The notes: generated by a model from the letters alone, not told the origin. DNA of 64,000 nt from Mycobacterium sp. (GCF_965230835.1 NZ_CBDDLW010000001.1:13566-77565); one strand, 5' to 3'; counted from the first letter of the stretch, positions 30,980 through 43,045 are shown. Translations and numbers: made by a program.

Positions 30980-33804
30980 GCGGCAAGGAATCAAAGCCCT
31001 CTTTTGCTTCGCGCACCACCAGGCAGTACGCCGTTCCCATCGTATTGTTCTGGGTGGTGATTACTGCCATCCTCAATGTCGTTGTGCCGCAACTAGAAGC
31101 GGCAGGAAAAGCGAATTCGGTATCCATCAGCCCAAGCGATGCGCCTTCGCTACGAGCGATGAAACACATCGGCCAGGTGTTCAAAGAGTTCGACTCGGAC
31201 AGTGCCGCGATGATCGTTCTGGAAGGTGATAGGCCTCTGGACGACGGTGCCCATCGTTTCTACGACGAACTGATCAAGAAGCTTGATCGAGACACCAAAC
31301 ACATAACGCACGTCCAGGACTTCTGGGGGGATCCGCTCACTGCAGGAGGAGCGCAAAGCGTCGACGGCAAGGCCGCGTATGTGCAGGTATTTCTGGCGGG
31401 TGACCAGGGGGAGTCGCTAGCCAATGAGTCAGTCGATGCGGTCAAGCATATTGTGGACAACACCCCGGCGCCGCCGGGCGTGAAGGCCTATGTAACTGGC
31501 CCCGTGGTTCTCGTCGCAGATATGAACGAAAGCGGCGACCGAAGCATTCTGCTCATCACCGTTGTCACTGGCTTGGTGATCATGGCCATGCTGCTCTTGG
31601 TCTTCAGATCTGTCGTCACCATGATCCTTGCCCTTGTCATGGTGGGGCTGGAGCTGTCTTCTGCGCGGGGAGTTGTCGCGTTTCTTGCGCATTTCAACGT
31701 GATCGGCTTGTCGACGTTCGCGGTCAACCTAATCGTCGCCCTGGCGATGGCCGCTGGAACTGACTATGCGATCTTCCTCATTGGCCGCTATCAAGAGGCG
31801 CGCCAAGCCGGCGAAGATGTCGAGACTGCCTACCACACCATGTACGGTGGAACCGCCCACGTTATTTTGGGTTCTGGGTTGACTATTGCCGGTGCCGCAT
31901 TCTGCCTAAGCTTCACCCGGTTGCCTTACTTCCAAACTATGGGTGTCCCGTTGGCAACAGGGATGGTCGTGGTCGTTGTGGTGGCACTCACCATGGGTGC
32001 TGGCATGATCGCCATCGGCAGTCGTTTCGGTCTTTTTGAGCCGAAGCGGATGATCAAGAGTCGTGGCTGGCGCCGCGCCGGCGTTGCAGTCGTTCGGTGG
32101 CCCGGGCTGATTCTGGCGGCAACATGTGTCATCTCGGTCGTCGGCTTGATCGCGCTGCCTGGCTACCAGCAGAATTACAACGATAAGAACTACGTGCCGG
32201 CTGAAATCCCGGCTAACGTTGGATATGCGGCTGCCGACCGACATTTCTCGCCGGCTCGGATGAATCCCGAATTACTATTGGTCGAAACCGACCATGACCT
32301 GCGCAATCCCGCGGATATGCTCATCATCGACAAAATAGCCAAATATGTTTTCCATGTTCCCGGTATTGCGCGGGTGCAAACTATTACAAGGCCTTTGGGG
32401 AGCCCGATCGAGCATACATCTTTGCCGTTTCAGATCAGCATGATGGGGGTTACGCAGTTTGAGAATATGAGCTATATGAAAGAACGTATGGCTGACATGT
32501 TGAAAATGAGCGATGGCATGCAGCGGATGATCGACAGCATGGAAAAGATGTCGGCGCTTTTGCGAAAGCTCAATGGCACAACCCAATCGATCGTCGGCAA
32601 AACTAGGCAAACGGCAACACAAACCAAGGAACTAAAGTCTTATGTCGCGGATTTGAAGAAGTTCTTTGGTCCAGAGAGGGACGGTAGCTCCGCTGAACCG
32701 CAATGTTTCAGTGCCTCCGATTGCTCGCAACTTCGTTCCATGCTGGCCAGCCTCGATACTGTAGATGCTCTCAGCAATAACCTCGCTGGTCTCACGGGGG
32801 ATATGGGAAACCTGAAACACGCAATGCCGCAGATGCTGACGCTTCTGCCGCCGATGATCGGGACCATGAAGACGATGCGGACAACGATGCTGAAGATGCA
32901 TAGCACATTTTCGGGGCTGATGGACCAGATGGGCGCCATGCAGAACGATGCAACCGCAATGGGTCGGGCATTTGACGCCGCTAAGAACGACGATACCTTC
33001 TACCTGCCACCTGATGTTTTTAAGAATCCCGATTTCAAGCGTGGCCTAAAGATGTTCGTATCGCCTGATGGCAAAGCCGTTCGGTTCATCATCTCCCACG
33101 AAGGCGATCCCGCTAGCGCCGAGGGAATATCCCACGTTGACGCCATCAAGAGTGCCGCCAAGGAAGCTATCAAGGGCACTCCATTGCAAGGGGCCAAGAT
33201 AGAACTGGCTGGCACCGCCGCGACCTACAAAGATATGCGGGACGGCTCTACGTGGGACTTGATGATCGCTGGAATATCCGCGCTTACGCTGATCTTTATC
33301 ATTATGCTGATCATTACACGTAGTATTATTGCTGCGGCTACGATCGTCGGTACTGTCGTGGTATCGCTGGGCACATCAATTGGACTTTCTGTGCTGATCT
33401 GGCAGCACATTCTCGGCATCGAATTGCATTGGATGGTGCTGGCGATGTCGCTGATAATACTATTAGCAGTGGGCTCCGACTATAATCTTCTGCTGGTGTC
33501 CCGCTTCAAAGAAGAAATTGGTGCCGGATTAAATACCGGTATCATTCGGGCAATGGCTGGTTCAGGTTCGGTGGTGACTTCAGCTGGTCTGGTATTCGCA
33601 TTCACCATGGGGTCGATGCTGGTTGGCGATCTGCGCATCATCGGGCAGATCGGCACGACCATTTGCCTCGGGCTATTGTTCGACACGCTCGTGGTGCGGG
33701 CATTTATGACGCCATCGATCGCAGCACTTTTGGGGCGTTGGTTCTGGTGGCCACAGAATGTTCGAACTCGGCCGGCTTCACCGCTGCGCCGGACGCCTGC
33801 CTAG
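30976..33804 (+). CDS. mmpL: MmpL family RND transporter (MmpL4/L5-like clade)
   Basis: QDFWGDP, TDYAIFL and SDYNLLL proton-relay motifs, WFWWP tail; ATGA overlap with mmpS. Confidence 0.95.
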   Translation: MSGKESKPSFASRTTRQYAVPIVLFWVVITAILNVVVPQLEAAGKANSVSISPSDAPSLRAMKHIGQVFKEFDSDSAAMIVLEGDRPLDDGAHRFYDELIKKLDRDTKHITHVQDFWGDPLTAGGAQSVDGKAAYVQVFLAGDQGESLANESVDAVKHIVDNTPAPPGVKAYVTGPVVLVADMNESGDRSILLITVVTGLVIMAMLLLVFRSVVTMILALVMVGLELSSARGVVAFLAHFNVIGLSTFAVNLIVALAMAAGTDYAIFLIGRYQEARQAGEDVETAYHTMYGGTAHVILGSGLTIAGAAFCLSFTRLPYFQTMGVPLATGMVVVVVVALTMGAGMIAIGSRFGLFEPKRMIKSRGWRRAGVAVVRWPGLILAATCVISVVGLIALPGYQQNYNDKNYVPAEIPANVGYAAADRHFSPARMNPELLLVETDHDLRNPADMLIIDKIAKYVFHVPGIARVQTITRPLGSPIEHTSLPFQISMMGVTQFENMSYMKERMADMLKMSDGMQRMIDSMEKMSALLRKLNGTTQSIVGKTRQTATQTKELKSYVADLKKFFGPERDGSSAEPQCFSASDCSQLRSMLASLDTVDALSNNLAGLTGDMGNLKHAMPQMLTLLPPMIGTMKTMRTTMLKMHSTFSGLMDQMGAMQNDATAMGRAFDAAKNDDTFYLPPDVFKNPDFKRGLKMFVSPDGKAVRFIISHEGDPASAEGISHVDAIKSAAKEAIKGTPLQGAKIELAGTAATYKDMRDGSTWDLMIAGISALTLIFIIMLIITRSIIAAATIVGTVVVSLGTSIGLSVLIWQHILGIELHWMVLAMSLIILLAVGSDYNLLLVSRFKEEIGAGLNTGIIRAMAGSGSVVTSAGLVFAFTMGSMLVGDLRIIGQIGTTICLGLLFDTLVVRAFMTPSIAALLGRWFWWPQNVRTRPASPLRRTPA

Positions 33805-33836
33805 CACGTGTTAGACAGCTGTCTAACACGTGCTAG
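33801..33836. repeat. Perfect loopless 36-bp palindrome overlapping the mmpL stop (possible bidirectional terminator)
   Basis: ctagcacgtgttagacag followed directly by its reverse complement ctgtctaacacgtgctag. Confidence 0.9.
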
Positions 33837-33871
33837 TGGCGTGCACGCTTGATGCGACCGTCATGCTGTGA

Positions 33872-34870
33872 TCAAATCAGCTGCTTACGTTCGATTTTCG
33901 CGAAGAGGCGTCGTGGCATCAGCCGCATTACCTGCATAAGAAATATCCAGGGCCACCGTGGTACGACTGCGCGTGCTGGCTGTGCTTCGATGGCGTCAAC
34001 AAGAGCTTTGGCGCCATCGGTGTTCTTTGTCATGAGCATGGTGCCACCATTGCTGCTATCAAGGAGCTCTGACTCGATGTACCCCGGCTCAATAACCGAT
34101 ATTTTGATCGGCGTTCCAGCGTATTCGGAAAGCAAGGACTCGCCAAGTGAACTTAGCCCTGCCTTGCTGGCCGCGTAAGCGGCATCCCTGCCGGGTACAC
34201 CCCTGACGCGGGTAACCGAAGATATCAGCACTAGATGGCCTTTATTGACTTCGGAAAATATCCCTAGCGCAGCTTCGATTTGCACGAGCGCGGCAACAAG
34301 GTTGGTTTCGAGTGTTTCCTTGTTGGCTACCACATTGCCAGATCCCAATAATGCTCGTCTATTTACGCCAGCGTTAACGATAATCCTGTTTATTCCGCCA
34401 ATTTCATCGTTCAGTTCGGTAAATACTTTTGGTATCTCGTCGTGGTCGTTGACGTCTAAACCCGCGACAGCGATAACCGTGCCGGGGTAGAGTTGTGTAA
34501 GCTCAGTTTTCAGCTCTTCCAGTCGATCGACACGGCGGGCGCATAACGCCAAATGATAGCCTTTGGAAGCGAATATTCGAGCCATTCCAGCGCCCAGACC
34601 GGAGCTGGCGCCGGTAATAAGAACCTTTCCCCTGGGGGCTGGTAATGCGGGATCAAAGTATGATTCTGAATCTGCGCGCGTCACGCGGGATTTAAATGCG
34701 GTACTGCTCAACAATGTTGCTGCTGTTAATGCTACAGGAAGTGGGGATAGGGTTGGCCGTATTTTGCGATGCGATTGGCGGATCGGTACGGATTCGTCGC
34801 GCTTAGCGGATTGCCTGGAAAAAGGGAAAAAGTTTGAATTATGAATCCACGTTCGAGAGCTTTCAGTCAT
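33872..34870 (-). CDS. AT-rich SDR oxidoreductase; start ambiguous (ATG 34870 or GTG 34684)
   Basis: TGASSGLG, NAG, ISS and YAASK motifs; many A/T-ending codons unlike the flanking core genes. Confidence 0.85.
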   Translation of the reverse strand: MTESSRTWIHNSNFFPFSRQSAKRDESVPIRQSHRKIRPTLSPLPVALTAATLLSSTAFKSRVTRADSESYFDPALPAPRGKVLITGASSGLGAGMARIFASKGYHLALCARRVDRLEELKTELTQLYPGTVIAVAGLDVNDHDEIPKVFTELNDEIGGINRIIVNAGVNRRALLGSGNVVANKETLETNLVAALVQIEAALGIFSEVNKGHLVLISSVTRVRGVPGRDAAYAASKAGLSSLGESLLSEYAGTPIKISVIEPGYIESELLDSSNGGTMLMTKNTDGAKALVDAIEAQPARAVVPRWPWIFLMQVMRLMPRRLFAKIERKQLI

Positions 34871-35639
34871 GCCGCCCAGTATAGCCGAACCGCGTGCCAA
34901 CAGGGCCCGAAAAATAGGGTAGCAAACCTCACAGTCATGGCGCCGAAGGTGTCGAGGCGTGACCCTCCGGTTAACGATATATGAATCGTAAGTTAGGTTT
35001 ACTCGAGGGAAAATTATTGGCAGATTTGATTGTTAATCGTGCGGATTGGGTTGTTTGACTAGGCGTGCGGAATTATGCAAAACGATTGTCCAAATCGGGT
35101 CTGTCTTGCTATTTTATATCGCGTAAAATATATCCCTCTCCGACGGCTATATACCGATTTTTCTGGGCCTTTATCTCGATTGAATATCGCCTAATATGTC
35201 GGGTGGCCGCATTTTTCCGGGGCTATCTAAGGTTCTCATATCGTGTGCAACTCGAAATCACTTCGCGGTGCGTTCGAGGTTGCGTTCGAGGCGTGCAGCG
35301 GCATGCGGCCGCGACGATCGGGACGGTTGCTGCCGGGCGCAAAGCCGGTTCGTGTTGCGTGGTCGGGGCGGCTGCCTGGACAGCGTCTTCAAGCTGGCGG
35401 TGGAAGCGCAGAAGGGGCTTACAAAACGGCTTGACGGACAGCGTCGGGGGAGCCAGGTGCGTCGCCTAATGTCCGGCGATTCGCCCATTGTCACGTGACG
35501 GTCAGGAGTCGGACTGGCCCCGCGGGTCTTCGGATCACAGCCGTTGCCCGTGGGCGGTGGCTGTGCGGGCGTGGTTGGGTTCGCCAGAGCGGTGAGAGTA
35601 CGCAGATCCTGCAGGGCTGGGCACTGACGTCGACGAATT

Positions 35640-35681
35640 TTGTCCGCTCGGCGATTGAAGGGCCAATCGCCGAGCGGACAA
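35640..35681 (-). terminator. Hairpin downstream of glnA1, probable terminator
   Basis: 18-bp perfect stem ttgtccgctcggcgattg / caatcgccgagcggacaa with a 6-nt loop; no clear U tract. Confidence 0.6.
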
Positions 35682-35766
35682 CCGTATTCGAGGAGCTACG
35701 AGCGACGGACTACGGACGCGGCGGCTCGCCGACGCATATTTACGCAGTCCCGGGTGGAAGCCCGGA

Positions 35767-37203
35767 TCACACGTCGTAGTAGAGCGCGAACTCGTACGGG
35801 TGCGGCCGGACGTTGATCGGCTCGATCTCCTTCTCCCGCTTAAAGCTAATCCACGTCTCGATCAAGTCGGACGTGAATACGCCGCCCTCGGTGAGGTATT
35901 CGTGGTCCGCTTCGAGGCGGTCGATCACCGCGGCCAGCTGGGTGGGAGCTTGCGGTATGTTGGCTGCCTCTTCCGGGGGAAGTTCGTAGAGGTCTTTGTC
36001 GACCGGTGCCTGCGGCTCGATCTTGTTCTTGATGCCATCAAGACCGGCCATCAGCATCGCCGCGAACGCCAGGTACGGGTTGCCCGACGAGTCTGGGCAG
36101 CGGAACTCGAGCCGCTTGGCTTTCGGGTTGCTACCGGTGATCGGGATGCGCACGCATGCCGACCGGTTGCGCTGACTGTAGACCAGGTTGATCGGCGCCT
36201 CGAAGCCAGGAACCAGTCGCTTGTAGGAGTTCACCGTCGGGTTGGTGAAGGCTAGCAGCGACGGCGCGTGGTGTAACAGGCCGCCGATGTAATGGCGGGC
36301 GGTGTCCGACAAACCTGCATACCCAGTCTCGTCGTACATCAGCGGGCTGCCGGCTTTCCAGAGCGACTGGTGGGTGTGCATACCGGAGCCGTTGTCGCCG
36401 AACAGGGGCTTGGGCATAAACGTCACCGTCTTGCCGGCCTGCCATGCGGTTTGTTTGACGATGTATTTGTACAGCTGCATGTCGTCGGCGGCGTGTAGCA
36501 GAGTGTTGAACTTGTAGTTGATTTCGGCCTGTCCGCCCGTGCCCACCTCGTGGTGGCCTTTCTCCAGGCTGAAGCCGGCCTTGATCAGGTTGGTGAGCAT
36601 TGAGTCGCGCAGATCGACGTAGTGATCGGTGGGGGCTACCGGAAAGTAGCCGCCCTTCGCGCGGACCTTGTATCCGCGGTTGGGGCTGCCGTCAGACTCC
36701 GTGGCCGCGCCCGTGTTCCAACACCCCTCGATCGAGTCCACCTCGTAGAACGAGCCGTTGGTGCTGGAGTCGAAGCTCACCGAGTCGAAGATGTAGAACT
36801 CTGCCTCCGCGCCGAAGTAGGCGGTATCGGCGATACCTGTGCTGACCAGGTACTTTTCGGCCTTGCGCGCGATGTTGCGCGGGTCGCGCGAGTATGGCTC
36901 GAGGGTGAAGGGATCGTGGACGAAGAAGTTCAGATTGAGCGTCTTCGCCGCACGGAACTGGTCGATTTGGGCGGTTTCAGGGTCGGGAAGTAGCAGCATG
37001 TCAGACTCGTGGATGGACTGGAACCCGCGAATCGACGAGCCGTCAAAGGCCAAGCCTTCCTCGAACACGCTCTTATCGAAGAACGAAACCGGAATCGTGA
37101 AGTGCTGCATGATGCCGGGCAGGTCGCAGAACCGGACATCGACAAATTCGACGCTCTCGTCCTTGGCGAGTTTGAAGACGTCGTCGGGCGTCTTATCCGT
37201 CAC
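35767..37203 (-). CDS. glnA1: Glutamine synthetase type I
   Basis: [48 protein letters not shown] adenylylation site, PHPYEF. Confidence 0.98.
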   Translation of the reverse strand: MTDKTPDDVFKLAKDESVEFVDVRFCDLPGIMQHFTIPVSFFDKSVFEEGLAFDGSSIRGFQSIHESDMLLLPDPETAQIDQFRAAKTLNLNFFVHDPFTLEPYSRDPRNIARKAEKYLVSTGIADTAYFGAEAEFYIFDSVSFDSSTNGSFYEVDSIEGCWNTGAATESDGSPNRGYKVRAKGGYFPVAPTDHYVDLRDSMLTNLIKAGFSLEKGHHEVGTGGQAEINYKFNTLLHAADDMQLYKYIVKQTAWQAGKTVTFMPKPLFGDNGSGMHTHQSLWKAGSPLMYDETGYAGLSDTARHYIGGLLHHAPSLLAFTNPTVNSYKRLVPGFEAPINLVYSQRNRSACVRIPITGSNPKAKRLEFRCPDSSGNPYLAFAAMLMAGLDGIKNKIEPQAPVDKDLYELPPEEAANIPQAPTQLAAVIDRLEADHEYLTEGGVFTSDLIETWISFKREKEIEPINVRPHPYEFALYYDV

Positions 37204-37273
37204 AGAATGCTCCTTTACTTGGTGATTCGCGGCCGACGCTAGGGAGCCGTTATTGCCCGTCAGTCAACCGCGT

Positions 37274-37289
37274 GTTGCGCAGACGTTAC
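37274..37289 (-). promoter_or_regulatory. GlnR box upstream of glnA1
   Basis: Minus strand GTAAC-gtctgc-GCAAC fits both gTnAc-n6-GaAAc and AC-n9-AC. Confidence 0.6.
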
Positions 37290-37444
37290 GTGACCACAGC
37301 CCCTGTACGTAGACCCGGGATGCCCCTGGGGCCCTATTGTGAAGCCATGGCCCGCAAGATGGTATCTGGTCGGCAGTCGGGGTTTCGCGGGTTATTGTGC
37401 CGCTTGTCTGGTCGGAGATGGTGCCACCTGGCCGGTGCGGGCCG

Positions 37445-37867
37445 ATGACCGCGGAATCGCCCACCGAGTACCCTGGCGCATCACTTGGCCTACCCCAGAT
37501 CGGACAGGGTTCAATGGCTCCAATGGGGCGGAGGCTGGTAGCGCTGCTGATCGACTGGCTGGTGGCCTATGGCCTGGCGCTCCTGGGCCTGCGGGTCGGC
37601 GTGGTGTCTCAGGTGATGCTTTCGACGGCGGTCCTGGTGATCTGGTTGGTGCTCGGTGTCGTGGCGGTACGCCTGTTTGGATTTACGCCAGGCCAGCTGG
37701 CGATGGGGCTGGCGGTGGTCACGGTGGACGGACAGCCCAGTGTGGGGATTGGCCGTCTGCTTGGCCGCGGCCTCCTGATCGGGTTGGTGGTCCCGCCGCT
37801 GTTCACAGATTCGGACGGACGTGGGCTGCACGACCAGCTGACCAGGACAGCCGTGGTTCGCCGCTGA
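37445..37867 (+). CDS. RDD family membrane protein (Rv2219A-like)
   Basis: GRRLVALLIDW, TPGQ, RGLHDQL motifs. Confidence 0.9.
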   Translation: MTAESPTEYPGASLGLPQIGQGSMAPMGRRLVALLIDWLVAYGLALLGLRVGVVSQVMLSTAVLVIWLVLGVVAVRLFGFTPGQLAMGLAVVTVDGQPSVGIGRLLGRGLLIGLVVPPLFTDSDGRGLHDQLTRTAVVRR

Positions 37868-37880
37868 AGTTTTGACCGTG

Positions 37881-38633
37881 CTACTTGCGGCGCACAGTGC
37901 GTTGGACACCTCGCATCTTGGCGGCGGTGGGCAGCGGTCCTTTGGGCATGATGCTGGCCCCGGCGCGCGAACTCAGTGCCGCCAGGCGTGACTCTAGAGT
38001 GTCCATCTGTTTGACGGTGATGTTGGTTGGTAGTCGGGTGAGGTGACGCTCCAACTTGGCTAGTGGAACCTCATCGTCGCCGTTGCCGACGATGATGTCA
38101 TAGATCGGTACGTCGCCGACTAGCCGCGCGGTGCGCTTTTTCTCCTGGGCCAACAGTGGTTTGACCCGGGCTGCCGATCCCTCGGCGACGAAGATCACAC
38201 CGGGCCGGCCGATCACCCGATGTACGGAATCGAAGTGGCCGGTGGCTGCGACACCTGGGCTCACCCGCCACTTGCCGCGCAGGTTTTCCAGGGCCCAAGC
38301 GGCAGCGCCGGTTTGGCCCTCGGCTTTGCGGTAGACCGCTCGCTGTGCGCGGCGACCGAAGATGATGAAGGCGACCAAGGCGCCAAGCAGGACGCCCAAC
38401 GGGATCATCGTGATCATGGTGAACCCACCGGCCCAGAGCCCGACCGCTACCGACACGCCCACGATTAGCGCGAAAGCGCCGATCATGTACGGCAGCAGCC
38501 GCTTGTCCTCTTTGCGCTGCATGTTGAACGCCTGCCACAGCTGAGTGCGGCGCTGGCGACCGGCCGCCTTGCGAGCTGCCTTTGCTTGCGCCCTGGCAGC
38601 CTTTTTTTCGGCGGCGCTTCGGGGTTTAGCCAT
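37881..38633 (-). CDS. DUF4191 membrane protein (Rv2219-like)
   Basis: Two TM helices, AEGQTGAAAWAL, HRVIGRPGVIFV; downstream of lipA. Confidence 0.9.
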   Translation of the reverse strand: MAKPRSAAEKKAARAQAKAARKAAGRQRRTQLWQAFNMQRKEDKRLLPYMIGAFALIVGVSVAVGLWAGGFTMITMIPLGVLLGALVAFIIFGRRAQRAVYRKAEGQTGAAAWALENLRGKWRVSPGVAATGHFDSVHRVIGRPGVIFVAEGSAARVKPLLAQEKKRTARLVGDVPIYDIIVGNGDDEVPLAKLERHLTRLPTNITVKQMDTLESRLAALSSRAGASIMPKGPLPTAAKMRGVQRTVRRK

Positions 38634-38659
38634 AGTCAACCAGGATACGTAATCGCCGC

Positions 38660-39625
38660 CTAAAGCGAGGCCGAGGTCCGAGAGACACAAGCTTGCTCGT
38701 AGAGCCGGCGCGCTCGATAGGACGACCGCACCAGCGGCCCGGCCAGGACCCCAGTGAAGCCCAGCTCTTGGGCGAATTGAGCGTACTCGACGAACTCCTC
38801 GGGACGCACCCAGCGCTCGACGGGGTGGTGACGAGGTGACGGGCGCAGGTATTGGGTGACGGTGACGATGTCGCAGCCAGCGACTCTCAGGTCTGTTAGG
38901 GCGGTGTGTATCTCGTCGGGGGTTTCGCCCAAGCCCAGGATGAGGTTGCTCTTGGTGACCAACCCGGATTCGCGCGCCGCGATGAGTACGCGCAGACTGC
39001 GCTGGTACTCGAAAGCGGGGCGGATCCGTTTGAAGATGCGGGGAACGGTTTCAACATTGTGCGCCAACACTTCCGGGCGGGATTCGAAGACCGTGGCGAG
39101 TCGGCCGGGCTCGCCATTGAAGTCGGGGATCAACACCTCGACACCGGTCTGCGGGTTCTGTTTTTTGATGGCGGATACCGTTGCTGCGTAGAGCCAGGCG
39201 CCACCGTCAGGAAGGTCGTCGCGTGCGACACCGGTGATGGTGGCGTAGCGCAGTCCCATTGTTTGCACGCTTTCGGCGACCCGCCGTGGTTCGTCAGGAT
39301 CCAGCGCCGCGGGCTTACCGGTGTCAATTTGGCAGAAGTCGCAGCGTCGGGTGCACTGGTCGCCGCCGATCAGAAATGTAGCTTCTCGGTCTTCCCAGCA
39401 CTCGAAGATATTAGGGCAACCTGCCTCTTCGCAGACCGTATGCAGCCCCTCACGCCGGACCAGGCTCTTCAGCTGGGTGTACTCGGGTCCCATCCGAACC
39501 CTGGTTTTGATCCACGGCGGCTTGCGCTCGATTGGTGTTTGCGCATTGCGCACCTCTAGGCGCAGCAAGCGCCGCCCCGCCGGGGCAGCGGGGTTGGTGA
39601 CATCAGGTTCGGGTGTGACCGTCAC
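38660..39625 (-). CDS. lipA: Lipoyl synthase
   Basis: [12 protein letters not shown] and CTRRCDFC clusters, RSSY; GTGA overlap with lipB. Confidence 0.97.
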   Translation of the reverse strand: MTVTPEPDVTNPAAPAGRRLLRLEVRNAQTPIERKPPWIKTRVRMGPEYTQLKSLVRREGLHTVCEEAGCPNIFECWEDREATFLIGGDQCTRRCDFCQIDTGKPAALDPDEPRRVAESVQTMGLRYATITGVARDDLPDGGAWLYAATVSAIKKQNPQTGVEVLIPDFNGEPGRLATVFESRPEVLAHNVETVPRIFKRIRPAFEYQRSLRVLIAARESGLVTKSNLILGLGETPDEIHTALTDLRVAGCDIVTVTQYLRPSPRHHPVERWVRPEEFVEYAQFAQELGFTGVLAGPLVRSSYRARRLYEQACVSRTSASL

Positions 39626-40320
39626 ATCGCTGATGCTACGCGGCCAGGGGAATGCTCGCGGACTGGCAGGAGGCCGTCCAGGGCATCGCAGACGGCATCG
39701 GCGACCGCCGACCGGATTTCGTCGACGGCAACTGTGTGTCCCAGTTCGGCGGACAACGACGTGACCCCGGCATCGGTGATGCCGCACGGCACGATGCTGG
39801 CGAACATGTCCAGGTCGCAATCGCAGTTGAGCGCAAATCCGTGCAGGGTGGTCGCTCGTGCCACCCGGACGCCGATTGCGGCAACTTTGCGTGCCGGTCG
39901 GTCGGCGCTATCTGGCACCCACACTCCCGATCTGCCGTCGACTCGACAGGTGCGCAGGCCAGCATCGCCGCAGACTTTCATCAGTGATTCTTCGAGCCGC
40001 CGAACGTAGTTGACGACGTCGAGAGGTTCGCTCAGTCCGATGATGGGGTAGCCGACCAACTGTCCGGGACCGTGCCAGGTGATCTTGCCGCCCCGGTCGG
40101 TGTCAACCACAGGGGTGCGGTCGGTCGGTCGTTCGTTTGGTTGGGTGCGCCGTCCAGCTGTATAGACCGCGGGGTGTTCCAGCAGCAGCAATGTGTCGGG
40201 ACCGCCAGCGACTCTGGCATCGGCTAGGCGTCGCTGCAGCTGCCAGGCGGCACGGTAGTCGATTCTTCCCAGCTGTCTAACATCGACCGCGGCCGGGCTC
40301 GACCGGATGGAACCCGTCAC
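39622..40320 (-). CDS. lipB: Lipoyl(octanoyl) transferase
   Basis: [40 protein letters not shown]. Confidence 0.97.
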   Translation of the reverse strand: MTGSIRSSPAAVDVRQLGRIDYRAAWQLQRRLADARVAGGPDTLLLLEHPAVYTAGRRTQPNERPTDRTPVVDTDRGGKITWHGPGQLVGYPIIGLSEPLDVVNYVRRLEESLMKVCGDAGLRTCRVDGRSGVWVPDSADRPARKVAAIGVRVARATTLHGFALNCDCDLDMFASIVPCGITDAGVTSLSAELGHTVAVDEIRSAVADAVCDALDGLLPVREHSPGRVASAM

Positions 40321-40452
40321 GACGGCCAGTTTACCCGTGAGCTGGCCGAACGCTGCGGGTCGCGGGCGCCATGTGCCCCAACGATCTGCCCGTCGGGTTC
40401 GGCTAGAGGCCTGCTAGCGGTCGTCGATGCGGCGCCGGTGCGAATAGGTCTA

Positions 40453-41361
40453 CTACTGATCGGGCCGTGCGGTGGCATAGTCGAATGCTTCGCCAATTGT
40501 GTTGTGGTGAAATCTGAAGCCGGCACGCTCCAGCGCGGCTGGGATCGCGCGCTGGCCCACGAGTAAGCCCTCGTCGGCGAACTCGCCGAGGGCAGCCCGA
40601 ACTGCAATGCTCGGCAGTGCGAATGGGGTTGGCCGGTTGACCGCGCGGCCGAATGCGCTGGTGAACTCGGCGTTGGTGACCGGCGCCGGCCCGGTGATGT
40701 TCACCGGGCCGGACAAGCTGGTTTCGGAGATGGCGAACAGCAACGCCCGAACCTCATCCTCGAGGCTGACCCACGACATGTACTGACGTCCGCTGCCCAG
40801 GCGCGCACCCAGGCCCACCAAGAACAGCGGACGCATCCGGCGTAGCGCACCGCCTGTCGGAGCCAGCACGAGCCCGGTGCGTGCCAACACCACACGGGTT
40901 CCGGCGCGTTTGGCCGGCTGCGTGGCCGCTTCCCAGTCCACGCACAGCTGAGCCAGGAAGCCGTCGCCCGCTGCGTCTTTCTCGTCGACCACCCGGTTCT
41001 TGCTGTTCCCGTAGTAGCCCACCGCACTGGCATTGATCAGCGTACCGACGCCCGCTTCGGCCACGGCTGCGGACAGGACCTCGGTGGGAGTGATCCGGCT
41101 GTCTCGCAGGCTCTGCTTAAACGCCCCCGACCAACGGCGCTGGCCGATGCTGACGCCACAGAGGTTCACGACAGCGTCGACATCGGTGAGCGCGTGCGAG
41201 TCGAACTCACCGCTTTCGGGATTCCAGTGCAGTTCTTCGGAATTGGCCGGTGTGCGGCGCACGATACGGAGCACCGGGTGGGCGGCCGCGCGCAATGCCG
41301 CTGTCAGCGCGGAGCCGATCAAGCCAGACGAGCCCGCTATCGCGATTACTGCTTTGGTCAC
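40453..41361 (-). CDS. TIGR01777 family epimerase/oxidoreductase (Rv2216-like)
   Basis: [37 protein letters not shown]. Confidence 0.92.
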   Translation of the reverse strand: MTKAVIAIAGSSGLIGSALTAALRAAAHPVLRIVRRTPANSEELHWNPESGEFDSHALTDVDAVVNLCGVSIGQRRWSGAFKQSLRDSRITPTEVLSAAVAEAGVGTLINASAVGYYGNSKNRVVDEKDAAGDGFLAQLCVDWEAATQPAKRAGTRVVLARTGLVLAPTGGALRRMRPLFLVGLGARLGSGRQYMSWVSLEDEVRALLFAISETSLSGPVNITGPAPVTNAEFTSAFGRAVNRPTPFALPSIAVRAALGEFADEGLLVGQRAIPAALERAGFRFHHNTIGEAFDYATARPDQ

Positions 41362-41365
41362 GCTC

Positions 41366-43045
41366 TCACAATCCTAAATCGGCCTCGAACGCTCCTTCTT
41401 CGAGGCGATGCTTGACTGTGGTGAGGAAACGTCCGGCGTCGGCGCCGTCGATCAGGCGATGGTCGTAGGTTAGCGGGAGATAGCAAATCGACCGCACCCC
41501 GATCGACTCGTTGCCGCCCGCGTCGGCGACTACTCGCGGTCGTTTGACGATGGCTCCCGTACCGAGCATGGCGGCCTGGGGGGGTACCAGTATGGGTGTG
41601 TCGAACAATGCGCCTTGGCTGCCGATGTTGGTGATGGTGAAGGTGCCGCCGGACAATTCGTCCGGCTTCAGATTGCCGGATCGCGCGCGGGCGGCAATAT
41701 CGGCGATTGCCCGAGCCAGGCCTGCCAGCGACAGGTCGCCGGCATTGTGGATGACAGGGGAAAGCAGTCCCTGGTCGGTGTCTACGGCGAACCCGAGGTG
41801 TTCAGCGTCGTAGTAGGTGATCTCCTTGGTGTTGTCGTTGTAGCTCGCGTTGATATTGGGATGAATCTTGAGGGCGTCGATCACGGCCCGCGCGATGAAC
41901 GGAAGAAATGTCAGGTTCACGCTCTCGCGCTCGGCGAACTCGGCCTTGGCTTTGCCCCGCAGCCTCACGATCGTGGTCATGTCGACCTCGTGAGTCTGGG
42001 TGAGCTGCGCTGTCGCCTGCAAGGATTCGCGGGTCTTGTTTGCGGTGATCTGACGGATCCGGCTGGCCTTCTGCGTGGTGCCCCGCAGGTGCGCTAGCGC
42101 AGCCGATGCAGCGGGGGCTGCGGTAGCTGTCTTGGGCGCGACCGCTGCTTGGGCGTTCGGCGCTGCCTTGGCGTCTTCGCCGCTTTGTTTTTTCTGCTGT
42201 GCTGCGGCCAGCACGTCTTGCTTGCGGATGCGACCCCCGACACCTGTGCCAGTGATCTTGGCGAGGTCGACGTTGTGTTCGGTGGCCAGTTTCCGCACCA
42301 GCGGTGTCACGTACGGGGCTCCTTCGCCGCTAGCGGCTGCCGGCTGCGCCGCGGCAGGTTCGGTTTTCGGTGCGGGTGCGGGTGCGGGCTGACGAGCTGC
42401 CGGGGCCGGAGCCGGGGGTGTCGGTTCGGGTGCGGGAGCGGCACTGATGTTGGCTGCTGCGCCGATACGCCCCAGTTCCCCTCCGACCGGGACGGTGGTG
42501 TCCTCATCGGCGGTGATGCTTGCCAGCACGCCGGCCACCGGTGACGGGATTTCAGTGTCGACCTTGTCGGTGGAAACCTCTACCAGCGCATCGTCAACCT
42601 GAACCGAATCCCCAATCTTTTTCAACCACCGAGTCACCGTGCCTTCGGTCACTGACTCACCAAGCTCGGGCATCAGCACCGGCGTCGCGTGTTCCCCCGC
42701 GGCTGGCGGGGTCGGTGTTCTTTCGGGTTCCGGCCGGCTTTGCGGTTGCGGAGCCGGTGCGGCTTCAGTCGAGGGCTCGGGTTCGGGCGGCGCGTCTGTG
42801 CCTTCCGCTAGCTCGCCGACTAGTGCAAGTTGGCCACCGACCTCCACCGTGTCGTCTTCCAACGCGATGATCTTGATCAGCACGCCTGCAGCCGGGGACG
42901 GGATTTCAGTGTCGACCTTGTCGGTCGAAACTTCCACAAGGGGCTCGTCGATGTCGACCGCGTCGCCTTCTTGCTTGAGCCAGCGGGTGACCGTCCCCTC
43001 GGTGACGCTCTCACCAAGTGCCGGCATCTGGACTGAGAAGGCCAT
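41366..43045 (-). CDS. dlaT: Dihydrolipoamide acyltransferase (E2)
   Basis: Two lipoyl domains ([14 protein letters not shown]), E3-binding domain (TPLVRKLA...GRIRKQD), catalytic DHRLIDGA. Confidence 0.96.
   Translation of the reverse strand: MAFSVQMPALGESVTEGTVTRWLKQEGDAVDIDEPLVEVSTDKVDTEIPSPAAGVLIKIIALEDDTVEVGGQLALVGELAEGTDAPPEPEPSTEAAPAPQPQSRPEPERTPTPPAAGEHATPVLMPELGESVTEGTVTRWLKKIGDSVQVDDALVEVSTDKVDTEIPSPVAGVLASITADEDTTVPVGGELGRIGAAANISAAPAPEPTPPAPAPAARQPAPAPAPKTEPAAAQPAAASGEGAPYVTPLVRKLATEHNVDLAKITGTGVGGRIRKQDVLAAAQQKKQSGEDAKAAPNAQAAVAPKTATAAPAASAALAHLRGTTQKASRIRQITANKTRESLQATAQLTQTHEVDMTTIVRLRGKAKAEFAERESVNLTFLPFIARAVIDALKIHPNINASYNDNTKEITYYDAEHLGFAVDTDQGLLSPVIHNAGDLSLAGLARAIADIAARARSGNLKPDELSGGTFTITNIGSQGALFDTPILVPPQAAMLGTGAIVKRPRVVADAGGNESIGVRSICYLPLTYDHRLIDGADAGRFLTTVKHRLEEGAFEADLGL

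Noticed and set aside
35269-35291. tgcgttcgagg repeated with 12-bp period
   Set aside because: Two short copies only; consistent with slippage and no evident function.
35370-35441. Peptide LDSVFKLAVEAQKGLTKRLDG resembling an IS256 transposase C-terminus
   Set aside because: Too short, and no IR or other transposase motifs nearby; cannot be supported without a search.
42540-43030. Nucleotide repeat within dlaT
   Set aside because: Explained by the two lipoyl domains.
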